Shown here: one piece after another, positions 41,101 through 56,100 of the stretch | Layout of the letters: every line of letters begins with the position of its first letter | How positions within the stretch are numbered: the stretch's first letter is position 1 | Origin: Harriotta raleighana | Taxonomy: Eukaryota | Reading direction: 5' to 3' | Assembly: GCA_050575255.1 (NCBI GenBank) | Contig: JBNZDD010013718.1 | Location: 5,203,718-5,267,717 of the forward strand | DNA length: 64,000 bases | Position numbers and translations under genes: made by a program | Notes under the pieces: model-generated | The model's input: the letters and a program-made list of their open reading frames with translations, nothing else | Told to the model about the DNA's origin: nothing | Database searches by the model: none

Positions 41101-44100
41101 CCAAAACGTGGAAACAGCACTGTAACAAAACCAAGAACGTTTCAATAATCATTTCAAAATGCCCAAGCCGTTTCCATATTATTAGCCAGATTAAGTTAAA
41201 CAAAGCATAGGTTAATAAACATCAACAGGGACATTCTGCCTGGATATCAGGCATTTTTAAGAAGATCAATTTTCACAATGAGGGGTAAATAATAATAATA
41301 CTTGCATTTGATAAACTGTTTAATCAGAACATTTCATTACGGTGCACAATATTTAACCAAGCCTTGTGAATTTACACAGATTGAGGTATTCATTGTACGC
41401 CCTTCATTTTTCTCTTCCTGTACTTCTCCCTGTTGCAAAGTAAATGTTACACTATTCATATTTTTACACTTTACACAACACTCAAAGGGAACCCAGTATC
41501 CCAAGTATCACTTGCATTAGTGAGTTCATGTCATAGGAGCTACTAAAAAGAAATTTGTTTTTATATCTGAATTGCCAACTATTCCTAAACTATTCCCTTT
41601 CTCCTTGTTTTTAATGCTTTTAAACCTGATGCTCTTTGCAGTCTAGAAAATGGTTATTTTTACGGGATTTCCTCTTCTGTGCCATCAGAACTAAAGACAT
41701 TCAGATTGAGCTGGAGAAAACAAGTCCAATTGTGTCACAGAATGGATTTTTTTTTAAAAATGTCCAATTTTACATTGCCTCTTCCCAACAGTGTTAAGGT
41801 GAGGTATTTCTCATTTGTTAAGTTTATCAACCCTTTTGTGGTAAATTAATGGATTATCGGTTCATGTTAATATAACAACTTGCATTTATTTCGGACCTTT
41901 CACATGGGGTATGGGCGCATAAGGTTTTCCTCTTGATATTTCAACCTTTTGTACCCTGGTTGAGGTGGGTGGCGGAGGGTTGGGGGAGGGGCTAGAATAT
42001 AGTTCTTAATAATAGCAGATGACATTCCCATTAAGCTAGTCCATCCCTTGTTGGAAGCCATTAAATAACAAAATAAAGAAACAATTCACAAGGCATAAGG
42101 GCACTGAGTTTCTAATCCCAATTCAGAGCTTGTTTGTTAAGGTTGATGAAAGGAAAATTTGTGCACAGAGAAGTTTAACTAGTTTATAAAGAGCCAAATC
42201 AATTTCTTTTTTTTTGGCAACAAAATAATTAGAGCAGCGGCCCTTTCTTTTATTTTTAAAGCTCTTCTTGCCAAATACTGTAATTCTATAATTCCTAGCT
42301 CAGTTAGTGTTGGGACTTAAAGCAAAGGGCTCTATTGATGCATCCAACTGAAACCTTGCTTAGCCTTTTTAGCTCAGAAGCATGGATCATCAAACAGGAT
42401 GGTTTGATGAATGGGGAATTAATTTCTGTAGCTCATGAATTCTTCCACATAAATTTGCCATCAGTGTAATCAGCATCTCAATAGAGCACCTTTCATGTCG
42501 GGAGGATCTCCCAAGGCGCTGAACAGTCAGCATTCACAGCATTCCTTTTATTATTTCTAAGAGCAAGGGATTTTGCATTTCACCCACAAAATATACAGTC
42601 AATTCACTTTACAGTACATTCTGTAATTGTGCCTTGAGACATCTCAACGATGTGATAAGGTGCTACACCAAACGTAAGGATCATTTTCATCAAGGGATGC
42701 CTCAGCAAAACACCCATGATGATAGATTTCAGCGTGTGCAGCATTTGGGATGATTTGACAATTCTTTTTAAACCTGTTCCCCTTGAAATGACCAAACAAA
42801 GCACTTTTCAATTTGCAAGAGCTATGTACCGGAGACCTCCAATACTTAGTACAGAACCTCCTGGTTTTAAGTGCCAAATAAATATCACCAGGGAAAAGAG
42901 GAATTAAGGTACTGTACATAATTCTGCAATGCCTAAATATCCCCGCCAGCTGATTGTTCTTGAAATCTGTAATGAAATGCTAACATAAGCTATAAATACA
43001 ATTTATAGCATAAGATTCTTACAATGGAAACGTCATCTGAATTGTGCTTTCTCTAATCTGCATCCAAATGACATGCAAATTTAAAGTCAAAATATACCCA
43101 GAATAATTACAGCGGCTTTGAGTTTAATTAAAGCTGACGTTTATATTTGCACACTACTGTAATATTTCTTTAACAACAAACTAACTAACTAGCTAACGTA
43201 ACAAGTTCAAGTTAAAGCTCCAAATAAAAGGGTATATGTTTGCATTACTTATTGTAACAACAAGGTTATATTCTTGCCTCTGAGAGGAAGATCAAAAAAT
43301 TAGCTTTCCACTACGTTCTTTCCAAAACAGATGAACTTTTGTTGTTGCACTTTTAAACAAATGTGTTGGATGGATTCTGTGGTTAATTTAAATGTTGCAA
43401 TTAGTGCATTTCTCATTTAAAATTCTATTAGGGATTTTATACACATGTCAGGAAATTGACCTTGGCAAATAAAACAAAATAGTCCCACGTACAGGCAAAT
43501 TTACTGCTGATAGCAAACATAGTGGAATAATAACTAGATTTGATGGATTAATTCCAAACTTTAATATGTTTTGGTCCCCCGATGCCTAACTGTTATATAT
43601 AGACAAGCAACAGAAAAGCTTGCCAGACAATGCTTTCAAGGGTAAGCTATGTGGTTTTAGCTGGTTAAATCCCTGCAGTACCTCAATGTACAACCTGAGT
43701 TCCCCAACCTGGGCTCTTGCCAATCTGCGCCCAATATTCTCCAGAATTGGGCAAACAGAATGCACAGTCCAGGGAGAAAAGAATGCATTTTCATTCCAAA
43801 ACATGGGAGTTTCCATGTGAAGGTGGGCGCTTGGATATCCTAATATGGTTTTTAAGCATGGGGATGGATTCCACACGTGTCTGATAACCGGCAGACCAAA
43901 AATCATACCAGAAATATATTAGGTTGTGAGATAACTTCTACATGTAACTATTCTCAATTTCCTTTTCACTCGCTAACATTCTTGCTTCTTGGGTTCCGGG
44001 ATATTGCCAAAATTTGCACTCTGAGCCACCGTTCGGCGTGGAGGGCACTATATAAATCCAAGTTGTTGTTGTTGTTAGTGGGCACTAATGCAAGCGACAT

Positions 44101-47100
44101 AAAGTGATCATTGTAACAAATTTTGCCCTTGCAGTTTCTAGATATTCAGTGATGTGGTGTTGTTTATCCATGACACAGTGAATCAACTGCACATGAATTA
44201 TTGACAAACAAGCTGCTTTGAACCTCGATTGCAGCAAAATATGAGCTCCTTGGATTGACAGAAGACAGTGAGATAGACAATATTGAAGCAATAGGAGCAA
44301 GGAAAAGATGCAGTGTAGAGCTATCCTTTACAAGTCCACTTCTTGGATCTTATAGCTACCCTAAATAAGTTCTGTCATAAACATATGATCAGTGTGGCAG
44401 CAGTTTTAGAGGACACTAAAAGCCATGCATATTTATGACATCTAAATACAGTAATTGCTTACTGCAATAAAAGCACTTTTCAAATATTCACATTCGAGCG
44501 CTTCGCTGAGCAATGGAATCATTGATTTCTTGCTCAAATGGATGGAGAGGTCCAACAACAGGGACCTTCCAGATGGAGCTTTCCCAGGCTATCCATTTTA
44601 TAGGGTTACTTGGAAATTTGAGTCCTATAAAATAAATGTCCTGGGTAGGTTCCATATGGACGTCTTATGTATTGCCAGGACCCTTAGCCATCTGAATCCA
44701 ACCATCTGCTGTATAGATCCTCCAGCTTCCTCTTGAAACATGTTCCCAATAGCTACTTGTATAGCTAAATATGTAGCCTTTTTACTATGCAGAATTGTGT
44801 GGATTACTGTTAGAAATTCGATGTCAAAACAACAACAAAATCATTACTCGGCATGAACTGAAAATACATGGCATTGGAAATAGGTGCCCACTATCAAAAA
44901 AATGTCAAGTGTGTAGTTTGATGGCTCTGTATTATGATTTGTGGTGCATTGTCAGTATACTGTACCCACAATCTATATTGCTCTGGGTATATAACTATGC
45001 AGAATGTACTCGTTTTGTGAATGTAACCAGCAGTTCTCTACAAATCACTTTGCTAGGGTTGAAGGCTTAGGGCTACCGAGCCTGGATTGACTCCAGAAAT
45101 AGAGTGAGGCTACACGTCTTAACTGATTAATAGGGATACATTCCAGATGGAACCTCCTAAGGATATCAGTTTTATGGATGCAACTTTACGACCATAATAT
45201 GCTCAATATGACTATGCATCCGAGGCATATACATGATCCAGGATACTGATTTGCAATCAGGCAACCTATTGTAAACTTTCTGGTCAGTGTAACTCAGTTT
45301 TGATCATACCTGAACATTGAGAAATAATGTATTCATGTGTTTGAACAAATTATTTGGCCGCTCTGTGAAATTACTGACCTTGGGTATAACAACAACAAAA
45401 AATTTCTATGATAAATAATATTATATGAAGCAATCCCATTATAAGCTATACGACATCAACAAAAGTTGGAAAACTTCACTGGCTAGTGGAAATTCATTCA
45501 CGAGTATCCATAAATGTAAAATGCAACATGCACAAACAGGAAAGGCATTATGCTTTGGCCATTACCAAATGCCCTGGACCACAATTTTTCTAGGCCCTGC
45601 TTCTTTTCAAACCACATTAAATTAACAATGACTTGGGAAGCATGTTACTCCTTACTTGCAGTCCTGCCTGGGCTTTGGGATGTATCCTGGGTAGGCTCCC
45701 TCTGTTATGAAACTGCACATCTTGTTGTTCCGATCTGAAGGCAACAGGGTCCCTGCCTTGACCAGCAGTCCCAGGCAATGATCAAATGTGTTTCGCTCCT
45801 CAGCCCCATCTTCAGTAAAGAAGCAATGCCCCAGGGTATTGTAGCCAATGACATCTTTCACCTAGATAGAGATAGCCAGAGAAATACTTTATGCTTTAGT
45901 TATTTAATGCGTCGGGTGCAATCATCTCCGCTCTGCTTTCTCATTAGTGACTTTACTGCTTGCTGCTGGCTGGGTGACAATCAACAATTATCATTGGCTG
46001 TGCGCCACACCTTAAGCAGCCAAACAGATCAACATGCTTTGTACTTCAAATAGCAAATATGTACGTGCAAACTGAAAGGCCATGCCAATAATAATTAGTC
46101 ACGTTTCAGCAAGACGCACCACATATCATCCAGTGAGTTTTAATCAAATAAAATTCGATTAGGGATTTTGTACACATGTCAGGAAATTGACCTTGGCAAA
46201 TAAAGCAAAATAGTCCCACGTACAGTATAGGCAAATTTGTACTTTGTGAGTTTAATCACTCAAGATTGCAGCGCAACCTTTCAAAATGTAACACCAGTCA
46301 TGATTAAAAAAAAAAATTACGCGAATTCATAATATGTTGTTACATTAATTGTAACAGAAAGTTTGCAGACTGGTCCGTTAGGAATTAAATGAGATTTTAG
46401 ATGGTGATCTTGCAGCTTGTGTATTTAAACTGTCTTCAGTTAATTAAACCCATTGTGGGCAGCGACGTCTCCATTATGGAACAGAACAGTTTGCAGGTAA
46501 TTCATGTTTCCGATAGTATACACACTAGCATTCAATGAATATGATGATGAAAGATGATGATGTTGAAATGAGAGCACTTGACATTGCTCGCTGGCCACAT
46601 CAGATGGAGGCGAGGGCTGAGGTGGGTGGGGAGGAGAAAGATGACCAAAAGCGCGCTCAAAGAGGCAGGTGGTGGTGGTGTTTTAAACGAGGAGAGGGTG
46701 GGAGTTAGAGAGAATATGGAGGTCTAAAGAGATTGATCATTTGTGGTTGTCTCTCGCCCACAGATGGTGGTTATGTAGGCTGGTATAACATATTTGTGAC
46801 TTGGTAATAACATGTAAACACTGGCCACAGTGCAGAACTGAAGTTATAATGATCTAATTCCAGACACCAGACACACAATTTCGAAAAGAAATAATTTAGC
46901 GTTTTGTCTTTAAACTGCATAAAATCACAGACTGAAAACTTCTCCCTGTCTCTGTGGCCTACACTGGTGGTTACGTAAATCATGTTGGGCCAAGAAGCTT
47001 TATGAATTTATACCTTCATCACTCTGCCGCCAAGGGAATTTTCAAACTAATGGCCATTGGCGTCTAGTGGTGACATGACCCGCTGAACAGCAGAAGGAAT

Positions 47101-50100
47101 CCTGTATTCAAACCCACAGTCCAAGTTATAAATAATGTTTATTACGTTTTCTCAATTTGAAACAAAATATACTTGTGGTCTGGGGTGAATAAACAATGTA
47201 AACTGAGAAATACATTTGTTGCATGACCAAGAAAGTCGCGAAGCACATGTGAATGAGCAACAAGATGTTCCATCCGTACTTTCTCTTCCAATGTTCTCGC
47301 AGAGCATCGGGTTTTCTGCGCAGGTTACTCTGATCAGTGCCTTTCGCATTACTTCATTTTAACTCATTTTACTTAGCTTTTACTGAGCTGTGCTTTCAGA
47401 CCTAACCCCTGAAAACTATGGAATTCTCCTCCTCAATCCCTCCTCCTTGCCTTCTCCTTCCCCTTCTTCAGAACACATGTTAATTGTGCAATTGTCTTCA
47501 ATCCTCTTCAATTGTGCTTATTGTCACATCCCTCGCCCATTTTGATTCGGTGTCAAGCTCTGCCATTGTTAAGCACTCCGAGATGCAGCCCAGCGTGAAG
47601 GGCGCTATTTGCAGTACATGCAAATTGTTGTTGTTAGCTACTTGCAATGTAAAGTTTCCTTAATCTTACACAGTTTCTGAATTGTCCATCGGTAGACAAT
47701 ATTTGCTGTATTGTTGCATAAATCAAATTTATTCTGCTGACTGGTGATGGTGCCAAGGAATCGCCTGACCAAAGTTTTACACAGAATTCTAACTTAAAGT
47801 TACCGTGTGTGAGCTATTGTTTTTGCAGGGGGAATAATAAACAGAGCAAAGCTTCAGAGTGGTGTTAAAATTGTATCAGGAGCACGGATTACTGGTGTGA
47901 AGAGAATTAAATCCCAAATGGGATGAAATGAATTCAGATTGCTCAACAATGGCCAGAAGCCAGCATGTCACTTTTCTCTCCATCTGGATTGTATCAATGG
48001 GTGCACGTTGTGGACTGATACAATTCACTCTACGTACAACAGACATGCTTGGAATGTTGGAAATTGGCCTTAAACGTGGCAGCTACAGTCGTATATAATA
48101 AAAAATGGGGAAAAAAACACTTTTGTGAATGCTGGAAATAAGGGGATAAAAAACTAAAATACTGCAAATCTAAAGTAAGGTCAGTCTGTCAGCATTTGCC
48201 ATCCTGGACATGACCTTTCGTCAGAACTGAACCGGCAGCCGTTGAGAGCTGGTGATCTCTGCTGAGTGGAGGATGGAAAGTCAATAAAAAGAATGGAACT
48301 GGGTGAAAGTGTCAGTGATTATACTAGGCAGTTGAGATCCATGGACATGCTTTGAAACACAGTTGAGAGAAACAAAACGGATGAGTAAGAAAATGGGAAA
48401 GGTGTTTTAAAAAAAAAAAAAATCCTTGCATTTGAAATAGTATCTTACACGTCTTTGAGACATCTCAAAGCACTTCACACACTATACTGTAAAGTGAAAC
48501 AACTGTACATTTTGTGGGTGAAACACGGCAGCCAATTGTGCACAGCAGTGTCCCACAAACGGTAATAGATGGTGTGACCAAAATATTATTTTTCTTTTTT
48601 TAAAGGAATTATTACACCGAAAAAGCGATCTGCTATTCGACTCACAACTGGGTTCTTATTTACTGCTAGGTTAACAGTATGTTATGGAGCAAGGAAACTT
48701 GCCTAACGTTTCACCCCACCCAGGAAACAAACCTAGGTCCTCTCACTTGTGAGGCGAGTGCTCCAGCCACTCAGCTACAGCTCCAGATGAAATGAGAAAA
48801 CAATTGACGGGAGTAATTTTTCCTAAGATGCAAGTCAATGCTCACACCTAAAGGGAAAAGAATCCTTAAGGAATTTTTTTTGAAAAAATAGCCAGCACAG
48901 GACCAATCAGAAAACAACATAATAGCAGGTCTGGAGTTGGAAGCCTGGTACTGACCTCTATAAATCAGCAGATGGCAGCAGCCAATACAGTAATGTGAGA
49001 TCATGCAGTGCACCAAAAATAAACTTTCTGAACAAGATAAATGTGTTATGGACAATTAGTGCAATAAAAATATTTTTATTTTCGACCATGTACATTAAAG
49101 ATGAAATACGCCCAAACTATTCTACACTATGTTTTCTCTGAGTCCAGCACTTTTGTTTTAAAACAAAGTGAACGTTATTTGAAAGCTGTGAGGGAAACGT
49201 AAGTTTTCTCTGAAATGGAGGAATCAATGGGGTAATTTCCCCAGTGAAGAGTTTGAGAAAATTGTGGAAATTCTCCAAGGGGAAACAAAAAAAATTAAAA
49301 TGTGATGATAGCTCTTGGAAATGTAATCAGAAATATAATCGTACACTGAAGGTTTCGGCAAAAGCTTTATGTTCTCGGTTTTGAAACCCACAAAAATGTA
49401 AATAATTTTGCAAATCAGTTTGTTAGCTGGAATTGAAAAAGGAAGGCTGTAATGAATTGATCAAAACTCTCTAATCTCCTCTTTTTTTCCATGAATGTGA
49501 AGCTTAAAAAAACACACTCAACCCCAGTCAATGTTCTATCAGGAGAAATTTGATGATGTGCTACAGGATTAAATGTAAGTTTTTCCAGTGGCTGATAACA
49601 GGAAATTACTTGAAGCATGGTTTCAATTGAAGAGTTTAAAAAGAAAGTACCGTTTCACAAACACCCGCTCCCTAACTACATTAGTTATCCCTAACTACAC
49701 TAGTTATCCCTAACTACATTAGTTATCTCTCGATGGACACTTTGATTTGGCCTGACTGAATCTCTGGCTATTGGCACATCATCAGGTAACCTAACCCCTA
49801 ACCCCATGTATTTTTTCATTAAACTACATTACTGCGACTGATTCTCAGGCAGTATAAAGTTATCTCCTGAATGTATTCAATTGCTTTAGAAGTTTACAGC
49901 ACGTGAATTTGATGTGGAAGCTCAGTATTTATCGATGCTTGAGTACACACATGCTGAATTCTTCAATGCTCACTGGTGAAGAAAGCCTAGCATTTGTTAG
50001 AAGAAAACCAGTGGAGTTAGTGTGAATCATTTTTCAATCAGAGAGTTTGCTTTTAGATGAAGAGATGGGATCAACACATCCTCTCAGATTTAGTGCTGCA

Positions 50101-53100
50101 GGAAATGCAAAGAATTTTACCTGTAAAAACACTATAACATAAGAGCAATTGCATGGTGCATTATCACTTGTTGAATTAGTGAAGAATTAATGCATTTGGA
50201 GAAAATTATGGGAGGATTGTGTTAAAAATGTGAATGACAGATGTAAATATAAAGGAAACTATTTTGGATGTAAAATCACAAAGACATTTCTAGAACCGCA
50301 TCAAATCCTTGTTCATTCATTATGTCAAACAGTAAAAGACATTTTACACATCTTTGTGTAAGAACACCAAGTATTACAGGGGGGCTTTTTATCTAAAAAA
50401 AACATCCATCTCAAAGTAATGCAAATGTAATAATAATAATCCTTGCATTTGATATAGCGCCTTATCGCATATTCGAAACGTCTCACAATGCTTCATGGAA
50501 TTCACTGTAAAGTGAATTCACTGTATATTTATGGGTGAAACTGCATGTAAACATAAACTGCAATTTTTGCTAGTCTTGTTGGGGCCTCGATGAATACCAC
50601 TACTCACCAGTAGTCCATTTGAACCGTGGATAGTCACACACCGAGAGAAAGACTCATGTATGGAGACCCCCTTCACATACGTTGGAGGGTTGTAGCCACC
50701 TTTTTCATCCACATCTCCAGCCATGTGAAAATGAATGGGATAATGGCCCATGGACTGCTGACCCATGTGTTTCAGCTCAGCACCTTCAATATGAGTCGCC
50801 TTGAAACCTATTCCCATCTGGTGAAAACAAGAACATTTAAGGGTACATTTGACTATTTCCATAAAATAATTCGCAATTTACTTATAGACCTTACAGTCTT
50901 TCACAGTAACCTATTAGTTCTTTGGAATGAAATGTACATGATGAAAATGCTGTACCTTAATGTGTCCTCCAACAGTATCGAACTCAAAAAATTTGCAGGC
51001 ATTATTACCATAGCACCGATCCTCCATTTCCCCCATAATTAATATGTTCTTGGACAACATTCCTACTTCTGCACGCATGTCAATGCCATCAACCTCCTCT
51101 CCAATATGTAGATACTTTGCCTTCCCTATAAGATTAAAAAGAGATTATCATTATTGGACACCCGCAAGTGTACTCTACAGCTCTCCATAGCTAATATAAA
51201 GGCCCAAATAGAAATCTTGTTCTCAGGTGAATTTATAGAAGATAGAATTTTACAGCAGGGAAGGAGGCCATTCGTCCCATCATGGGCCCCCCACAGCTCT
51301 ACACATTTTCCCTTTTGAAATAGCTTTGTCAGAATGATCAGGTTTGATGCTATAAGCGTACATAACAGTGTATTATCAGTAATAAGTTATCTTTGCATTT
51401 AATACAGTGTTTAAAACATTGAGTATGTCTCAAATAGTTCCATTATAGTTCTATAATAATTCTAGAGTGTAATTATTGTGTACTTGTGAGTCAACCTATA
51501 TGCAGCGATGTTACACAAACAGCCATAACATCAACATCCAACTTTTATCGAACGGAAATAGAGAGAAGCTTCTCTTTTTGAGCAATGCCACAGGGTCTTA
51601 ACGTCCAACAACAACAAGAAAATTACATTTATAGAGCGCTTTTCACGAGGGGGACATCCAGCTGAACAGATAGATATAGACACCTTGTTTAACATCTTTC
51701 CCAAGGACACTCTCCCTGCAGTGCACTGAAATGCCAGCCTTGACATCGAGCTCAAATAAAATGATCTGATTTGCAGGGACTTGTAACAAGAATTGTTAAT
51801 AGAGTAGGGACTGAGTCACGAAAGGAAATCATGCAGATAATTAGAAAGGCATCATACCAGCCTGCAATAATCTTGCTCTGATAAGCCAGGAAGAGGTTTG
51901 TGAAATTTACTTGTGTCTGTGTGATGCATTCTGATTCTTAAAGGCTGGATTCCCTATTTGGACCTTGGGGCTCTATATTAATATCTCCCGTCATAAATGC
52001 GTGTCTTAATCTACAGTGTATGAGCTGGCACGAAGTAAGTTGAAATCACAACCTCTCTGAAGCACTTCACATCATGGAAAAAGAAAATGATGCAGTTTAT
52101 AACATCATAACTCCAAACGGTAAGATTAATAGAATTTTCTCGATTACTTAAAAACTTAAAATGATAACATGATACCACCAATTTTCATTGCGTTTTGTCA
52201 TGACAGACAGAATATGACCTTCAAACCCACAGACTGCACAACTGGTGGGTAATGTTTCCCAGCATTGTAAATTTAGTGGTTAAGAAAGCATATGTTACCT
52301 AATCCCTAATGGCCCGGCAAAATATAGGAAATGATTCCTTATTTTTAGCTCATGCACAAGCAAATGCAGAGGGATGCCTCTGGCAAACTCAACCACATTG
52401 AAATTCCTAAACTGTCTGAATACCACTTCCATTGCTAACATAACACATTCTCCGAAACCAACCCACCGGCATTAAAAACAGGGGACAGAATAAAGTGCTC
52501 AGCGTCTAATTCTGCAACTGTTGCCAAAATGACAGTTCTAAACTGTTAGATCCAAGGCCATAGGAGAATTCTCCCCACAATAGTGCACATGCCAAGAATT
52601 ATACAATAATAGGGATATATCAACAATCTGAAGCTGGCTACTTTACGTAATAGGCAGCAACCACCTTGGTAAATGGTGAAGATCAGTCGTCAGGACGTAT
52701 TTTAAATGTAAATTAAATTCTTCTGCTGTAAAGAATCACTGCTTTAAAAATCAATGGCTTTAGCATCAATGTATTTACTGTATTTACTGTACAGATTAGC
52801 ACTCATTTTCTAACAATCAATTGCAGATAATCACTCAATAAGCTTGGAAAACCTACACCAATTATGGTACTATTTTTGCTTTTCTGTGTAGATGTATGTG
52901 TGCATGCATCAATTGCAATGGAATATCCCCAATTTAACGCTTGCAATAATTCAACTACCACCTTATAAAATAAGAAATAAAACGGATCCAACAGCTCCAT
53001 AATACAAGTAAGGAAAATGGAACAATTTCAGGACAGTAATGAAAGCAGTGGGGAGGTCATGTAAAATTTATATAACATCTTTGGAACCTCTCGTAGGCAT

Positions 53101-56100
53101 TTCTGGGTTTAATCATTTCATTTTTCCTATTTAATAGCTTTTTTAAAAAAAAGAAAGCGATGGGAGATGGACCAAAACAAAAGGACAATGCCTCGGGCGA
53201 ACTAAACCACATTTATAAATCCTGAACACAGATACGTGTTTTGACAGTCTTGCAAATGAATTGACTGTACTTTGGGGAATGGAGCAGGATCATGTAAAGC
53301 AGGGGGTTTACCAGTAAGTTCAGTAAAAATAGAAGAAAATTGTAAACATGTGAAATTGTTTTTTGCCCCCTTCTGATTTCCAGTTTCAGTACTCCTCGCC
53401 CCCCACCCCACACCATCAGATGTTGGCAATCAGAATTTCTATATTTTAGCCAGATATAGAAAACCATTGCAATAATTGCCATTGCCTGCTGAAAAAATAG
53501 GTTTGCAGCTTGTTAGGTCACTCACTTCACACCTACTTTAGCTGAAGGTTCAACTACTGCTATCTAATTCTCAGATTTAACATCTGGATGATTTCGATCC
53601 TACTCAGGAAAGCTTCCAGTAAGAAGCTTATCGGTGGAGCTTTGAACCTTCAATAGAGAGAAACAATGGAGCCTTGAACCTTCAATGGAGAAAAAATGAA
53701 TTATGCAAGACACAAGCAAGTACTCATTGACTTTCTACCCCTTGTACCCTTGGGCCTTCCTCATGTCCCTCAATCTTTCCGGTCCACCATCGGAGGTTGT
53801 GTGCTCAGTCACTATTATACCCAGACACCCACTGGAACTCCCTCTGGCTTTGCCCATCATACCTGAAGACTTTCCTCTTCAACCTGTCTACAGTCATGTT
53901 CCCTTTCTCTCTCCCCTTTCTTATTAATGATTTAGCACTTTTTCAATTTTTTTTTTACCAAGTTTATATCAATGCCATTAGTTTCTAATCAGTTAGACTG
54001 AACCGCAAAATGGGAGAGATTTTCCTTCAAATTCAGAAATTGTGTTGCTGTGTCGAATATTTATTTGTATTTAACAATATTTGTCCATTTATGGATTTGT
54101 TTGCCTCAGGCCTAAAAGGCTGAAATATCTGAGAAATGTACATGAAATTATGCAGGAATTTCACAAGAAAGGTTTTGATGAACAAGGCCCTTCAACTCAT
54201 TTGATTTCATCTTCCAGAACACTCACCCTACCATTACAGCAACCAGCTATTTCTTAAATGAGTCTATTTGCTGAGTTTCATCTGAAAGAAGACAGTGACT
54301 AAAACACAAAATGTTAAAGCAATAAAAAGGAATACAATGTGTACGGTGAGAAAGCACATTACATCAAGAAGATTATAATGTTCATGGTAAGTGTGTATTA
54401 TGGTTGCAGTTCATTGCCTTTGAAGGAGACAGAATGGGTACCAGATGGGAAATAACTGTAGGGAAGGACAGAAAAAAAACCAAGAGGAATTACACACGAA
54501 GAAGACTTGAATGGGTGACAGTGACAGTAGAGAGACAGCTGATGGTGCTGACATATGCCAGTCTGGAATCTAAGTCTGTGCTTTCCCCATTTTAAAAATA
54601 CAAGTTATAACTCATTTAGATTTCTCTTTCCCAACCCACCCCAACAATGTCATCCAAATACAATGTATGACTTTTCATTTTATAATGTCACTCAAGAAGG
54701 CATTGACAGAATAAATGGCTCAGAACCACTTAGTCCTTGTCTTTTCATTCTCCATTCTAACGAAGGGTTGTAGACCCGAAACGTTGACTCACTTCCTTTT
54801 CTCCATGGATGCTGCCTAACCTGCTGAGTTGTCCTAGCAACTTCTGTTTTTGTTCCTTGTCTTTTCATGCTTGTATCTAGGTGGTCCCAACTTAACAAGT
54901 AGTGGGAAGCTTGTTGGACAGTGCTCACAATAGCAAGCTGCACTGTTTTAGCTGGTTAAACTCCAGCAGACGCACAGCTGTGGAAATTAGGTAACAGGGT
55001 GCCAGGGAGAGAACACAAATTCCATTCCAGACTGAATAGAAGGTTTTTGTTTTATAGATGGTACACTTGTGTGCTACTGTAAATCTGGTTTGCACACTCT
55101 TATCCACAGTGATAGGTATCCACATGTTTAGGTGGTCAGCTCCCCCTTCGCACACCTAGGAAAGGCATGCCTGTACCGAACAATCAATAATACTTTGTTT
55201 CAACCAAGATCATTTTGAAGAAGCAAAAACAAAAAGGAACACTGGAGTTTGTACCTTGGATTTTGATCTGGTTTGATCTACATTCTGGGCAAGGCAACAG
55301 CTGAAATTCTTCTGTTTGGTACATGGAATAGTCAGTACTTGAAACAAGGATGACATCGCCAGCCTTCCACGTCCGGGCATCATCTGCTAGCTCCAGAATA
55401 CTGCTATTAATATTTGTATCTATGGTAACGGTCACCTTGGGCCACACTGAAGAGCAGAAATAAAATAATTAAACATGCCTGGCAGGTAGCGTTTTAGCTA
55501 AATGTCCAAATATATAATCCCACACAAATTATTTTCAATACTTTCCTCAAGATGGTTAGATTCAGAAAGCCCATATGCACAAGCATTTTACTCTCAATAC
55601 AATTATAATAGAATTGAATAAATATAGATTTTTAAAAGTATACATTGCTGTATACAGTATATGGAATGAATGGTTGAACTACATTTGGCCAAAGCACAAT
55701 CTCTTTTACAACAATTCCTTAACAACAACATCGAAAGACCTGGAAATCATTATGTTTAAAGTTAACATGCTTAATGTGCAACCAACAAGATGTTTTTGCA
55801 AATGCCTCCTTCGCACTGAAGACCTCATAAACCACTGAGTTCAATCATGTTGTTTTAATTACATCATAAACTGTAAAAATAAAGTGATTTCCCAGATATC
55901 AACTGTTTTTTTTTTAAATCGTTCTCTAAACCTGTGGGAATGACATCTAATTCATTAAACAGCGTGATCATTTTGTATTATGGACGATATTGTGGGTTTC
56001 AAGAGGGAAGATAAAAGGTATTCGAAGATTGAATTATGGGGTAAAGCAGGGCAGACACATCTATAATGTGAACCTTTTACATTTTCCGCATCAGGATTCT

